DNA of 64,000 nt from Bdellovibrionales bacterium. GTDB lineage: Bacteria > Bdellovibrionota > Bdellovibrionia > Bdellovibrionales > UBA1609. Made by a program: the position numbers and the translations under genes. Within the stretch, counting starts at the first letter, position 1; every line of letters begins with the position of its first letter. The stretch is taken from positions 32,001-96,000 of the forward strand of contig DAHVQG010000004.1 of NCBI GenBank assembly GCA_027317865.1, written 5' to 3'. The notes below the pieces were generated by a model. The model saw nothing but the letters and a program-made list of their open reading frames with translations, had not been told where the DNA came from and did not search any database. This document shows positions 1-10,546 of the stretch, in pieces.

Positions 1-1050
1 TTGCGAGATTTGCATATTGGCGCGCATACGCTCTTTATCCACGTAAAGACCGCTGAGCAAACTATCAAGTCGCGCCAATGCATAGTCGCAAACAATAAAC
101 GCGTCTGGGAGTATCACGCGCTCAACGCTTGAGTGGCTAATGTCACGCTCATGCCATAACGCCATATTTTCAAGGCCGGCCATTAGGTACCCGCGCAAAA
201 GCCGCGATAGACCCGTAATATTTTCAGCGCTAACCGGATTTTTTTTGTGGGGCATGGCACTCGATCCTTTTTGCCCTGGTGTAAAATCTTCGATGGCTTC
301 GCCGACCTCAGTCCGTTGCAAATGCCGCAATTCAACCGACACACGCTCCAAAAAGCCGCCGATGAGTGATAGAGCACATAAAACTTGAGCCACGCGATCA
401 CGCGGCACTACCTGAGTGGCGACAGTTTCAGGGGTGAGCCCCAATTCGCGGCAAACATCCGCTTCTAATTCTGCCGGCAAAGTCGTGTACGTACCTACCG
501 CCCCACTCAATTTGCCAATCGCCATTTGCTTAATTGCGTCTTCGAATCGCTCGCGATCGCGATTGAGCTCGGCTAAAAACCCAGCCAATTTTACGCCAAA
601 ACTTGTTATTTCAGCATGCATACCGTGCGTACGCCCGGCCATTAAGGTTGTGACATGTTTTTTTGCAAGTCTCGCAAGTGTTGCCGCCAAATGCTCCATT
701 GTCGCAGTCAATTCTTGACCCGCTTCTTGAATCGACAAACTTAAAGCTGTGTCGAGTACGTCGCTTGAGGTAAGCCCAAAGTGTACGTAAGCGCCACTGG
801 ATTCGCCGACACCTTCGGCTACCGATTGCACAAATGCGATCACGTCGTGTTTTGTCGTTTGCTCGATTTCGTTAATTCGATCAACGCGAAAACGGCCTTT
901 CGCCAAAATATCTCGCGCCGCTTTTCGCGGAATTATCCCTCTTCTTGCTTCAGCCCGCGCCACCGCTTTTTCAACTTCGAGCATGTGACGAAATTTGTTT
1001 TCAACAGACCATATACGGCTCATGTTTTTTCTGGAGTAACGCTCGATCAC
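1..1050 (-). CDS. purB: Adenylosuccinate lyase (3' end runs off the window)
   Basis: Not in the ORF track. Read by hand from GTG at 1050: MIERYSRKNMSRIWSVENKF...; fumarase-superfamily signature GSSAMPHKKNP near 235-270; GTGA overlap with the upstream stop. Confidence 0.93.
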   Translation of the reverse strand, partial: MIERYSRKNMSRIWSVENKFRHMLEVEKAVARAEARRGIIPRKAARDILAKGRFRVDRINEIEQTTKHDVIAFVQSVAEGVGESSGAYVHFGLTSSDVLDTALSLSIQEAGQELTATMEHLAATLARLAKKHVTTLMAGRTHGMHAEITSFGVKLAGFLAELNRDRERFEDAIKQMAIGKLSGAVGTYTTLPAELEADVCRELGLTPETVATQVVPRDRVAQVLCALSLIGGFLERVSVELRHLQRTEVGEAIEDFTPGQKGSSAMPHKKNPVSAENITGLSRLLRGYLMAGLENMALWHERDISHSSVERVILPDAFIVCDYALARLDSLLSGLYVDKERMRANMQISQ

Positions 1051-2378
1051 AGCGATCCCCCCCCCGGATGAATCCGGTTTGTTTTCGCCGCCATCTTTGC
1101 ATCTAGAAGTTCCCGCTCTTTCTTCCAGCGAACGATATTTTCAACCAGCGCTTTTTGCGACTCCATTCGCGCCGACCAATCGAGCGCGCCCCAAACTTCC
1201 GGACCGTCAAATTGCAAATTCCGAAGCGCACAGCGATTGAATTTATTTAAGACAGACGGCTCGAAAGACTGAAACAAGGCCGGGCCTAATTCATTCGGCT
1301 CATAGGTAAATTCTTGCGGAGGTTCGGCGACGTTCACATTCACGCCCGGCAAGCGCTCTTCTAGTGTTCCAACTATTTCGCGGCCCATCGCTTCGAGATA
1401 AGGTTTTTGAAACCGATGCACCGCCGGAATACGCACCCAACCGTCAAAAATTTCAGACGAAGTTGTTCGTTGGAGCCAAATGAGGTTGGCATGGCTCCAA
1501 GGCAACCCTAGGTCTTCGAGCACAAGAACTTTTAATGGCAGCGATTCCGTCACGTGTGACTTTGATAAGCCGATTCGATACCGAATCCATACCCACTCTG
1601 GCGTCAATTCACCGTGCGGGAACAATTCGTTAAATATGGGCGACGCAAGTCTTTTTGTTTCGCCGCTCGTTAAGCACCAAACGAACTGCTCGCCGTTTAA
1701 ACGACGGCCGTCTTCAAAAATAAATCCGTGCAGATAGTGACCGTGAAGGTCCAAAGTTTTCAATACCGCTTTCGATCGCGTGTTGACCCCTAAAGCTTCA
1801 ACCCATTGCAATGACTTCTCGAAACCGCGGCGGCTCACCCGGCGAATCGCATACGGTGCCGTAAGAGGTAGAGGGCGCCCAAACTGCAACGCCTCATGGT
1901 TCCGGTTCGAAAAGGGGCTCGCCAGCGAATGTGCCAAATTCACAAACCAATTTGCTGAAAACGGTTGGTGCCTCCAACCCTTTACTAATTCGTCACGCCG
2001 TTTTGGCGCGAGACCGTCGTAGTTGCCGACATATTCGAGCATGTCATTTGTAATCCCCGCTTTTTTAAGAGCGTAAACGGAATGCATGCTGCGCATATCG
2101 ATCGGGCCATTTTTTAACCAAAGAACAAAACCGTCGTCGAGCTGCTCTGAATAATCTTCTTCGTCGAGCCGCGCTTTTTGCGACAAAGTCAGGTTTGATG
2201 CATGAAAATAACCAAAAGGCCCTTCGACATCTTCAGGCGACCAACGGCCCATTTGATTCGAAAGCTCAACTAATGCCACCGAAACACCGTGGCCAGCAAG
2301 TTCCGCCGCCATCCAGTGCCCCCGACCAAAAACCGAAACAATGACAAGATCCGCACCCGTGTCACCAGGATTAACCAT
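1047..2378 (-). CDS. Hypothetical protein, degenerate FAD/Rossmann oxidoreductase-like
   Basis: 443 aa. N-terminal DLVIVSVFGRGHWMAAELA...VALVE resembles a beta-alpha-beta dinucleotide fold without the canonical GxGxxG; overlaps purM and purB. Confidence 0.5.
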   Translation of the reverse strand: MVNPGDTGADLVIVSVFGRGHWMAAELAGHGVSVALVELSNQMGRWSPEDVEGPFGYFHASNLTLSQKARLDEEDYSEQLDDGFVLWLKNGPIDMRSMHSVYALKKAGITNDMLEYVGNYDGLAPKRRDELVKGWRHQPFSANWFVNLAHSLASPFSNRNHEALQFGRPLPLTAPYAIRRVSRRGFEKSLQWVEALGVNTRSKAVLKTLDLHGHYLHGFIFEDGRRLNGEQFVWCLTSGETKRLASPIFNELFPHGELTPEWVWIRYRIGLSKSHVTESLPLKVLVLEDLGLPWSHANLIWLQRTTSSEIFDGWVRIPAVHRFQKPYLEAMGREIVGTLEERLPGVNVNVAEPPQEFTYEPNELGPALFQSFEPSVLNKFNRCALRNLQFDGPEVWGALDWSARMESQKALVENIVRWKKERELLDAKMAAKTNRIHPGGGSL

Positions 2379-3396
2379 TGAGCATCCCCCCTCTCAAATG
2401 CCATGCCTTCTTACGCGCATTTACCACTTCACCGAGATCAAAAGTGCGAAAACCTTTCGCTTCGACTTGCATTTGCATGCCCTCAAATTTCGATTTGCTA
2501 ACAAATAAAACAAGACCCACCCCACAGTTCAGAACACGCAAAATTTCAGGCCAATTCATTTTCGCCCGCTTTTTCGCTATCAAAAATTCTTCTGGCACAG
2601 GCCAACCGTTTAGCTCTAACGCTGTTCCATCGGGAATCACGCGCAGCAAATTATCGAGCCCACCGCCCGTCACGTGCGCCACCGCATGCAAATTCGATGG
2701 CGTTTGTTTCTTTAGGTGGTTAATGAGCGGGGAATACAAAAACGTCGGCCGCAATAAAACATCCGCCCATTTTTTCAAATCGCGCGCAAATATTTTTCGC
2801 AACAGCGAATACCCATTGCTGTGAAATCCGGAACTTGCGACGCCGATAAGGCGGTCACCGGCTTGTACCCGATGAGCGCCGAGAATCTGCGATTCATCGA
2901 CGACACCCACGGCGAATCCGGCGCAGTCAAAATCGCCCTTTTTGTAAATGCCGGGCATTTCGGCAGTTTCACCGCCGATGAGAACGCAACCCACCTCGTC
3001 GCACGCTTTGCGGACACTCAATAAAAAAGATTTTGCCGATTTTAAGTCGAGGCGCCCGCATGCGTAATAATCGAGAAAAAACAGCGGCTCGCCGCCGACA
3101 CAAGCAAGGTCGTTCACGCACATGGCAACAAGATCTTGCCCTATTCCGTCAAAGCGCTTGAAATCAGAAGCAAGCTTGACTTTAGTCCCAACTCCATCTG
3201 TCGAACTGACCAAGACAGGTGACTGCATATGAGCAAACCGCGCGCGAAAAAGCGCGGCAAATCCGCCGACACCGGCAATGACCGATGAGGACCCGACGTC
3301 TTTCGATTTTGCACTCTTTTTTAGCCAATCCACCAAATCGTCACCGGCGGCTATGTTGACACCGGCCTTCTGATAGGTCGTTGAAATTGCGGCCAA
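2371..3396 (-). CDS. purM: Phosphoribosylformylglycinamidine cyclo-ligase (AIR synthetase)
   Basis: YQKAGVNI, STDGVGTK, DLVAMCVNDL, GGETAEMPG, SSGFHSNGYSL, HVTGGG motifs. Confidence 0.96.
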   Translation of the reverse strand: MAAISTTYQKAGVNIAAGDDLVDWLKKSAKSKDVGSSSVIAGVGGFAALFRARFAHMQSPVLVSSTDGVGTKVKLASDFKRFDGIGQDLVAMCVNDLACVGGEPLFFLDYYACGRLDLKSAKSFLLSVRKACDEVGCVLIGGETAEMPGIYKKGDFDCAGFAVGVVDESQILGAHRVQAGDRLIGVASSGFHSNGYSLLRKIFARDLKKWADVLLRPTFLYSPLINHLKKQTPSNLHAVAHVTGGGLDNLLRVIPDGTALELNGWPVPEEFLIAKKRAKMNWPEILRVLNCGVGLVLFVSKSKFEGMQMQVEAKGFRTFDLGEVVNARKKAWHLRGGMLNG

Positions 3397-3704
3397 GAGT
3401 CGGCTCCTTTAGTGTTGCGATTGACGAGATGTATTCCAATTTTTAGCAAGTGATACCGTCTTTAGCAATGTACTCGACGAGCGGCCAGGTCCATCCTACA
3501 GCAGCGAGTCAACCGTTTGAACAATTGACTAAAGTTTGGACGCGTCTTCGCATAAAATGAAGGTCTAGCTAGGCTCTAATCCGCTGAAATTGACATTTGA
3601 GCAAAACTCAATTGGCGCCGATTTTGTAGTAGTAGATTAGACAGGCGGTTGACCGCCAAGAGTGTTTTCGTCGACTTGCGAGCTGCTATTTTCAGGGGGA
3701 GACT

Positions 3705-4541
3705 TTGCGCCGCTTATTATTTCGCCAATTTGTTATTACGCTTTTTATTTTAGCGAGTGCGGCGGTTTGTCTCATTTCGAGACGCGTTTATGCCCAGTCC
3801 GATAACTCCCAATCGGCGGCGAGCAGCAATTCGCAAAATCAATCTGGCGGTTCTCAAACGCAATCGGACAGTAGCGGCTCAGGCGGCAATGGGCTCAATA
3901 ATGCCTACGATCCATTCATCGATTACAACGAATATAATACAAGCGGCCAAGAAGAAGCGGATATTAACTTTTTTGAAAACGGCCGACTGCTGAGCGCCCA
4001 AATCGAAATTGGTGATCGCACCTTCACCGACGGCTTTCATAAACTTTACAGTGACGGAATGACTTATGGAGGGGCGTTTACCTACTTTTTTGATTTAAAT
4101 ATCGGCTTACAGTTTTCATTTACAACCAGTTCGCACAACATCTCGATTAGCGGCGGCGGAGTCAGCAAAACCGGCAATGTGACGTTTAACGAGTTTGGAC
4201 TCGATCTAAAATATTATTTCAACATGGCCGACGTCACGAAAGGACTCGCGAGTTTCAATCCGTATATCCTCATCGGGTTTTCGCCAATTACGCGAATTTC
4301 AACTGTTGACGGTGAATCCGAATTTTCGCGCGACAGTGCGGTCGCCTTTGACGGCGGCCTTGGGTTTGAAGTCCCGTTCAATCGCCATCAAATGTTTCTT
4401 GGCGCACAGGCGGAATACCAGGTTGTGAATTTTCCGGATCAAAATACCCAGATCACCCTGAACAGCGGCACGATCAATACCGGCATTTACCCCAACGGCG
4501 GCATCATTACGCTTCTTGGCTTCATTGGGATGAGTTTTTAA
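3705..4541 (+). CDS. Outer-membrane beta-barrel protein with Ser/Gln/Gly-rich linker
   Basis: Signal peptide, low-complexity linker, amphipathic beta strands (NPYILIG, FDGGLGFEVP), C-terminal Phe. Confidence 0.7.
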   Translation: MRRLLFRQFVITLFILASAAVCLISRRVYAQSDNSQSAASSNSQNQSGGSQTQSDSSGSGGNGLNNAYDPFIDYNEYNTSGQEEADINFFENGRLLSAQIEIGDRTFTDGFHKLYSDGMTYGGAFTYFFDLNIGLQFSFTTSSHNISISGGGVSKTGNVTFNEFGLDLKYYFNMADVTKGLASFNPYILIGFSPITRISTVDGESEFSRDSAVAFDGGLGFEVPFNRHQMFLGAQAEYQVVNFPDQNTQITLNSGTINTGIYPNGGIITLLGFIGMSF

Positions 4542-4551
4542 ATTGTTCAAA

Positions 4552-5976
4552 TCATCGGTGAAAAAACGCGACCGCTTGAAGCACAAGTGCGAGCATAATG
4601 AGCGGCGGTACAACCCACTTCATTAAAAATCTCCAGTGGGTGTACAAAATTTGTGACGAGACGCTGCCCATCGCGAAAAATTCGTCGCGCTTCGCTTTTT
4701 CGTTAACTTCGTGATTGACCACCCAACAGAGCAACAACGCCACAACCGGAACGCATCCATTTACAACCGTTAAGTCGATCAGCGAAAATAGACTGTGCCC
4801 GGCTATTCGAATTACAGAAAGAACCGACGAAGAGAACGCCGGCGCGACGGCCGCTAACACACCAACCATAACAGCAAAAAAACTGGCTTTACCGCGAGTC
4901 AAACGGGAGTTTTCACAAACGTTGGCGACGACGGTTTCGAGAATCGCGATCGTGGCCCCCAGTGCGGCCAGATACAGACACAGAAAAAAGAAAATTCCGA
5001 AGATGCCGCCACCCTTTATGTGCATTAGAAATTGCGGGACGGTTACAAATAAAAGTTCCGGGCCTTGAGCATGGCTCGCTCCTGAAAAAACAAGCGGAAA
5101 AATCAAAAGCCCGGCAATGACGGCGGTTAAAGCGTCGAACACCGCCACGCGAAAACCGGTTTCAGGCACAAGCGCATCGTCGCGTAAATAGCTGCCGAAG
5201 GTAATCATCGGTCCGAACCCGATGCTCAACGTAAAACACAGTTGCCCAACGGCGTAACCAAGCGAAGTAATCGTCAGCTTCGAAAAATCCGGATACATAA
5301 AATACCGTAGAGCCGCAATACTCGAATTCATTGAGAGAGATTTTAAAACCAAAACCGATAAAATGCCGACAAACACCGGCATGATCAGCCCCACCCAACG
5401 TTCGATACCTTCTTCGACTCCCTTGGCAACGATGACACCGGCAAGAACAATATGTGCAACAGCCAATGTCATTTGCAGCGAACCCGACGCTTTAATCTCG
5501 GCCATATTGTTGGCCATAAAATGATGCGGGAACTTGCCGAATGGCGCTTCAAGAAATTTCGCAAGAAAGAAGAGCACCCAACCGCATACGACCGAATAAT
5601 ATCCGAGAATCACGACGCAACAGAATAGACCCAAAACCGCAATCACCGGCATCAAGCGCATGAACGGTCGCATATTGCTTTGAGACTCGCCCACGCTATC
5701 GGTTTTAGACTCTATCATGCTGTCGCTTTGCGACTGGGCCACGAGTTGCTTTTGCGCGGCCAAAAGGCTTCGCCGCGTGAATTTGCCTATAAAAAGTTCG
5801 CCAATCAAAAGTGGCACGCCAAGAATTAACATGAGAAAAAAATAGAGAATGACAAAAGCGCCGCCGCCGTTTGCCGAAACAATGTACGGAAATCGCCACA
5901 AACTGCCGAGACCAAAAGCCGAACCGATGGCTGCGAAGTAGATTCCAAAACGTGTGGCCCATGCTCCCCGACGCAC
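4552..5976 (-). CDS. Sodium-dependent transporter, NSS/SNF family
   Basis: AAIGSAFGLGSLWRFPY...NGGGAF signature, FTLSIGFG, GPELLF; many transmembrane helices. Confidence 0.92.
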   Translation of the reverse strand: MRRGAWATRFGIYFAAIGSAFGLGSLWRFPYIVSANGGGAFVILYFFLMLILGVPLLIGELFIGKFTRRSLLAAQKQLVAQSQSDSMIESKTDSVGESQSNMRPFMRLMPVIAVLGLFCCVVILGYYSVVCGWVLFFLAKFLEAPFGKFPHHFMANNMAEIKASGSLQMTLAVAHIVLAGVIVAKGVEEGIERWVGLIMPVFVGILSVLVLKSLSMNSSIAALRYFMYPDFSKLTITSLGYAVGQLCFTLSIGFGPMITFGSYLRDDALVPETGFRVAVFDALTAVIAGLLIFPLVFSGASHAQGPELLFVTVPQFLMHIKGGGIFGIFFFLCLYLAALGATIAILETVVANVCENSRLTRGKASFFAVMVGVLAAVAPAFSSSVLSVIRIAGHSLFSLIDLTVVNGCVPVVALLLCWVVNHEVNEKAKRDEFFAMGSVSSQILYTHWRFLMKWVVPPLIMLALVLQAVAFFHR

Positions 5977-5990
5977 CCCAACTCCTTTCG

Positions 5991-7370
5991 CTACTTACTT
6001 TTCATCACAAAAACGCGAACGGGAACACCTTCAAGCCCCCATTGTTTTTGAATTCTGTTGATTAGAAACTTTCGATACGCCGGAGTGACTCCTTCAGGAT
6101 GATTGGCAAAGGCTATAAAACTCGGCGGCCGTTGTTCGGTCTGGGTCAAATAATAAAATTTCACATTCGTCGTTCGATAGACTGGAGCTGGCGCCTGCCG
6201 AATGACTTCGTAAAAAAAGTCATTCAATTCACGCGTCGAGACTTTAAACTCAAGCTTATGCGCCACCCTTACGACTTCATCCAGCAAATCGCGCACGTTC
6301 TGAGGGCCCACCGCCGTTGTAAATACAACAGGCACGTCGGGCGCGAAATGAAAAACAAAATCAAGACGCTCGCGAAACCATTTTTTCGGCTGGTCGTGCT
6401 CGGCCTTTAGCAAATCGAATTTGTTGGCAACGACTATGACCGCCTTGGCTTTTTCATAACTGTATTCGACAATGTGGGCGTCTTGCTCCGCCGGCCCTAA
6501 TACTGAATCGACCACAAGTAGAACGAGATCCGCCCGGTCAATTGCGTCAAATGATTTGTAAGCCGACAGAATTTCGACTTCGTCACGACCGCCCAATCGC
6601 TTACCCTGCCGCCGTAAACCAGCCGTATCAATGAACGTGAGTGCTTGCTTCACACTGCCGTTCGGCCCGCGATATTCGTATTCAAATTTTTCTTCAATGG
6701 CATCTACGGTTGTCCCGGGCGTTGCGGATACAAGCACTCGCTTTTCGCCTAATATGGCATTGACGATCGAACTCTTGCCGGCATTTGGTTTGCCAATGAC
6801 TGCAATGCGAATGGAGTTATCGTCAACTACTTCGCCTTCGGGGATCGCAGCGATGATTTTTTCAACAATGGCGTCAGTATGATCTCGCCTTTCAACCGAC
6901 GCATGCAAAACATCGACGCCCAATTCATAAAATTCGGATTTGAGCAGCTCGGCATCTTTCTCTCGATCGACTTTGTTGAGCACGACGAAAAACGGTTTGC
7001 CGCTTTCGTTGGCAATGCGCACCACATCGCGGTCTTCCGGGACCAAACCCGTTTTCGCATCCATCATTACGATAAGAAGGTCGACGTACTTAAGAACAGA
7101 CATTACTTGTTCATAAATAAGCGCCGAAAATTGCGAAGCCTTGCGTTCGTCAGTAGGGCGGCCGCGAGTTAACCCACCGGTATCTAGTACCTCAAACGAT
7201 TTACCCCACCAATCGGCGGTGCCGGTGATTATATCGCGTGTGACACCCGGTTCATTTTTAACGAGTGCCCGTCGCGATCGTGTCAGAAAATTAAATAATG
7301 ATGATTTACCGACGTTCGGGCGCCCGATAAGCGCGACGCGAAATCGCGATCGACTGGAATTCACGGTCAC
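5991..7370 (-). CDS. der: Ribosome biogenesis GTPase Der
   Basis: Two GTPase domains (GRPNVGKS/DTGG/NKVD and GKPNAGKS/DTAG/NKFD) plus a KH-like C-terminus. Confidence 0.96.
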   Translation of the reverse strand: MTVNSSRSRFRVALIGRPNVGKSSLFNFLTRSRRALVKNEPGVTRDIITGTADWWGKSFEVLDTGGLTRGRPTDERKASQFSALIYEQVMSVLKYVDLLIVMMDAKTGLVPEDRDVVRIANESGKPFFVVLNKVDREKDAELLKSEFYELGVDVLHASVERRDHTDAIVEKIIAAIPEGEVVDDNSIRIAVIGKPNAGKSSIVNAILGEKRVLVSATPGTTVDAIEEKFEYEYRGPNGSVKQALTFIDTAGLRRQGKRLGGRDEVEILSAYKSFDAIDRADLVLLVVDSVLGPAEQDAHIVEYSYEKAKAVIVVANKFDLLKAEHDQPKKWFRERLDFVFHFAPDVPVVFTTAVGPQNVRDLLDEVVRVAHKLEFKVSTRELNDFFYEVIRQAPAPVYRTTNVKFYYLTQTEQRPPSFIAFANHPEGVTPAYRKFLINRIQKQWGLEGVPVRVFVMKSK

Positions 7371-8074
7371 CTCAATGTCTCAAGTGCCATTCGCGCAGCT
7401 TCTTGTTCGGCTTGTTTTTTGCTGCGTCCCCGACCGCGCGCTATAATCTCGGTACCGACTCGTAGAATCACATGAAAAACTTTTTCGTGATCGGGGCCCT
7501 CTTCTCGCTCAACTTCGTATCGAGGTACGTGTCGTGCCTCAGCACTTCGTGCAGCTTGTATTTTTTCTTGGAGTCTCGTTTTGTAATCGTCATGATATTG
7601 CGATTCGAGATCCAATTTTTCGAGTCGAGCTTGAAACATTTGGCGGATTACCCGATTCGCGGTCGCATAGTCACTATCCACAAAAATCGCTCCCAAAACC
7701 GCCTCTAACGCACAGGCAAGAAGTCGCGGCTTTGAAGCCCCGCCGCTATTTCTTTCACCCTTGCCTAAGCGTAAAACTTGATCGATATGCAACTCTTTCG
7801 ATACCTCAGCCAACGCCGATTCGTTAACAAGACTGGCCCGCATTTTTGAAAGCGACCCCTCGTCGTGGCGTGGAAAGCGCTCCATCAGATCCGCAGATAG
7901 TACCAAATCTAAAACAGCATCGCCTAAAAATTCGAGCCGCTCATTGTCGCCACCTGTACTGTCCCCCATTTCGTTCTTATAGCTCTTGTGGGTCAAAGCC
8001 TGTGAAAGAAGATCGGGGTTTTGAAAAGTGTAACTGTACTGCAATAAGAGGGCGTCAACCAAATCCTTGGACAT
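7367..8074 (-). CDS. rnc: Ribonuclease III
   Basis: NERLEFLGDAVL signature and a C-terminal dsRBD (DYKTRLQE...SKKQAEQEAA). Confidence 0.97.
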   Translation of the reverse strand: MSKDLVDALLLQYSYTFQNPDLLSQALTHKSYKNEMGDSTGGDNERLEFLGDAVLDLVLSADLMERFPRHDEGSLSKMRASLVNESALAEVSKELHIDQVLRLGKGERNSGGASKPRLLACALEAVLGAIFVDSDYATANRVIRQMFQARLEKLDLESQYHDDYKTRLQEKIQAARSAEARHVPRYEVEREEGPDHEKVFHVILRVGTEIIARGRGRSKKQAEQEAARMALETLR

Positions 8075-8096
8075 ACCGCTATGTCCTTAGCACATT

Positions 8097-9446
8097 TCAT
8101 GTAGCGGCGGAAGGGTACTGTATAATTTCTCCGGTCAACAACGGCTCGATTTCGCTCGGTTTTGAAGAAAATGCCGTCACTTTTACGGGTACTTCACGGC
8201 CACCTAACCGATCAGCGGCGCCGTTTAAATCGATAGTCCAATAATCACGCGCTAAGCCCCTCTCGTTCTTCAAAATTAATGCTTTTTTGACGGCGCCAAT
8301 CTGTTCCCGCGCTTTGGCCAAAAATCGCTCTTGGCTGAGTTCACGAAGCTTTTGCGCGCGGCGAACAATCACCGGTTGAGCAAGCTTTCTGTCGAGCCGA
8401 GTTGCGTATGTGCCAGGGCGCTCGCTGTACGGAAAAACATGAATGCGCGTCCATGGGGCTTCGTTGAGGTGTTGATAAGTTTCAGAAAATTCTTCTTCGC
8501 CTTCACCCGGAAAGCCCACGATCACATCCATGCCAACGAATGCCTCAGGAACACGCCTTGAAATATTATGTAACGCCTTGACCACGTCATCTTTGGTGTA
8601 TTTTCGTTTCATGCGTGCGAGCACGGGAGTTGATGCGCTTTGAATACTCATGTGAAAATGGGGGCATAATCGCGGATCGGCAAAAAGTTCGAAAAGCCGA
8701 TCGCTTAACTCAACTGGCTCCAGACTGGTAAGACGCAATCGGGGCACTCGTGTACGAAGAAGCAAATCTTCAACGAGATTTTCAAGCCCAAACTCGTAGT
8801 CGCCAATGTGCACGCCCGTCAGGACCACTTCGCGCACGCCGTCAGCCAAAAGCTCGTTCACCCGCCGGCGCAAATCTTCTATCGGGAGCGAGCGACTCTT
8901 ACCGCGCGCAAACGGGATCACGCAAAATGTGCAAAAGCTATTGCAACCGTCCTGGATTTTTAAAAAAGCCCGCGTGTGACCGGATTCAAGCCCGCCACCC
9001 GCACCCAATTCGGCCTGTTTAAATATATTCGATTTAAAAACCCGCGACAAATTATTGCCGCCGCCCGATTGCGGGCCAAGCTTGCCCTTATTGAGCATTC
9101 GTTCGCGCAATATTTGTGAAAGACGTGATTTATGGGAATTCGCCACGATCAAATCGACGCTCGCGCAAGACTCAAGCTTTTCGGTGTCGACTTGAGCCGA
9201 ACATCCCGTGACAACGACAAAGCTTTCCGGATCGTCACGTTTAATCCGCCGAGCTTGGCGGATCACTTCGCGCGTCGCCTCCGCTGTCACGGCACAACTA
9301 TTGAGTATATGTACGCGTGGCACTCCATCCGGCGTAAACCCGTTTTCTTGGAGGTACTTTTCAAGCAATCCCGAATCGTAGGTATTCACCTTGCAACCGA
9401 AGGTTGTAAGCCGATAGTTCAGGCTGATGTCGTCTGAACCGCTCAC
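8097..9446 (-). CDS. mtaB: tRNA t6A37 methylthiotransferase MtaB
   Basis: TFGCKVNTYD, NSCAVT, KIQDGCNSFCTFC radical SAM motif, HVFPYSERPGT. Confidence 0.9.
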   Translation of the reverse strand: MSGSDDISLNYRLTTFGCKVNTYDSGLLEKYLQENGFTPDGVPRVHILNSCAVTAEATREVIRQARRIKRDDPESFVVVTGCSAQVDTEKLESCASVDLIVANSHKSRLSQILRERMLNKGKLGPQSGGGNNLSRVFKSNIFKQAELGAGGGLESGHTRAFLKIQDGCNSFCTFCVIPFARGKSRSLPIEDLRRRVNELLADGVREVVLTGVHIGDYEFGLENLVEDLLLRTRVPRLRLTSLEPVELSDRLFELFADPRLCPHFHMSIQSASTPVLARMKRKYTKDDVVKALHNISRRVPEAFVGMDVIVGFPGEGEEEFSETYQHLNEAPWTRIHVFPYSERPGTYATRLDRKLAQPVIVRRAQKLRELSQERFLAKAREQIGAVKKALILKNERGLARDYWTIDLNGAADRLGGREVPVKVTAFSSKPSEIEPLLTGEIIQYPSAAT

Positions 9447-10546
9447 TTCATATCTCCGGAATATATCCAGCCGCCGCCAAGAAGTTCCCGCCCACGGTAA
9501 AGTACTGCGGCTTGGCCGCGCGTCACCGCTCGTTGCGGCTCTAAAAATTGCAATTCGATACGCTCCCCATTAGCGTTTTTGCGCACAATCGCGTCGGCGC
9601 CTTTGTGGGCGTATCGAATTTTGGCCCTAACCGTTTCGCCGTCTGCGACGCCGGCAAGCCAATTCACGTCGCGCACCATAACCTGTGAAGAATATAAAAA
9701 ACTTTCGTCGCCCATCCACACGGTCGCGGCTTGCGCGTCAATTTTAACGACATAAATTGGCGAGCCAATAGCAATACCGAACCCTTTACGCTGCCCAATG
9801 GTAAAATTATGAATACCGCTGTGCTCGCCCAATACCTCGCCTGACGGATATTTTCGAATGACGCCCGGACGTAACTGCGACGGCGAGACTTGCGATTCTA
9901 TAAAACCAGCGTATCCGGTTTTGCCTATAAAACAAATTCCTGTGGAGTCTTTTTTGCGCGCAACAGGCAAACCGATTTTTTCGGCATAAGCGCGAACGTC
10001 AGGTTTTTGCCAGCTCCCGACCGGGAACAACAAACGCGTTAAAATTTCGCGATTCAAAGTAAATAAAAAATACGTTTGATCTTTCCACGAATCTTCACTG
10101 GTTACGATCGTCGCGAGCCCGTCTGTTCCGCGCTCGACACGGGCATAGTGGCCAGTTGCCAAATAATCGCACTGCAATTCGCGCATCTTGGTGAACAGAT
10201 GATCGAATTTTAAAAATGTATTACAATTCACGCACGGTATGGGGGTTTCGCCTTTCAAATATTCGCTGACAAAATCGTCGATGACGCTGGTTTTGAATTT
10301 TTCTTCGCAATTAATAACATAAAAAGGAATATTCAAATGATCAGCGACCGCACGAGCATCATCTACATCAAGGCTTGAGCAGCATGTTCCGTGGCCCTCC
10401 TCAATTGCGCAATGGTTAGCCGAGTAGTCCCAAACTTGCATTGTGACACCGACGACGTCATATCCCTGCTCGACAAGAACCGCCGCCGCGACCGAACTAT
10501 CGACTCCACCGGACATGGCAACTAGAACGCGCGGCTTATTAGACAT
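9443..10546 (-). CDS. mnmA: tRNA 2-thiouridylase MnmA
   Basis: AMSGGVDSS, PCVNCN, ATGHYA, KDQTYFL, DSTGICF, TIGQRKG. Confidence 0.96.
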   Translation of the reverse strand: MSNKPRVLVAMSGGVDSSVAAAVLVEQGYDVVGVTMQVWDYSANHCAIEEGHGTCCSSLDVDDARAVADHLNIPFYVINCEEKFKTSVIDDFVSEYLKGETPIPCVNCNTFLKFDHLFTKMRELQCDYLATGHYARVERGTDGLATIVTSEDSWKDQTYFLFTLNREILTRLLFPVGSWQKPDVRAYAEKIGLPVARKKDSTGICFIGKTGYAGFIESQVSPSQLRPGVIRKYPSGEVLGEHSGIHNFTIGQRKGFGIAIGSPIYVVKIDAQAATVWMGDESFLYSSQVMVRDVNWLAGVADGETVRAKIRYAHKGADAIVRKNANGERIELQFLEPQRAVTRGQAAVLYRGRELLGGGWIYSGDMK

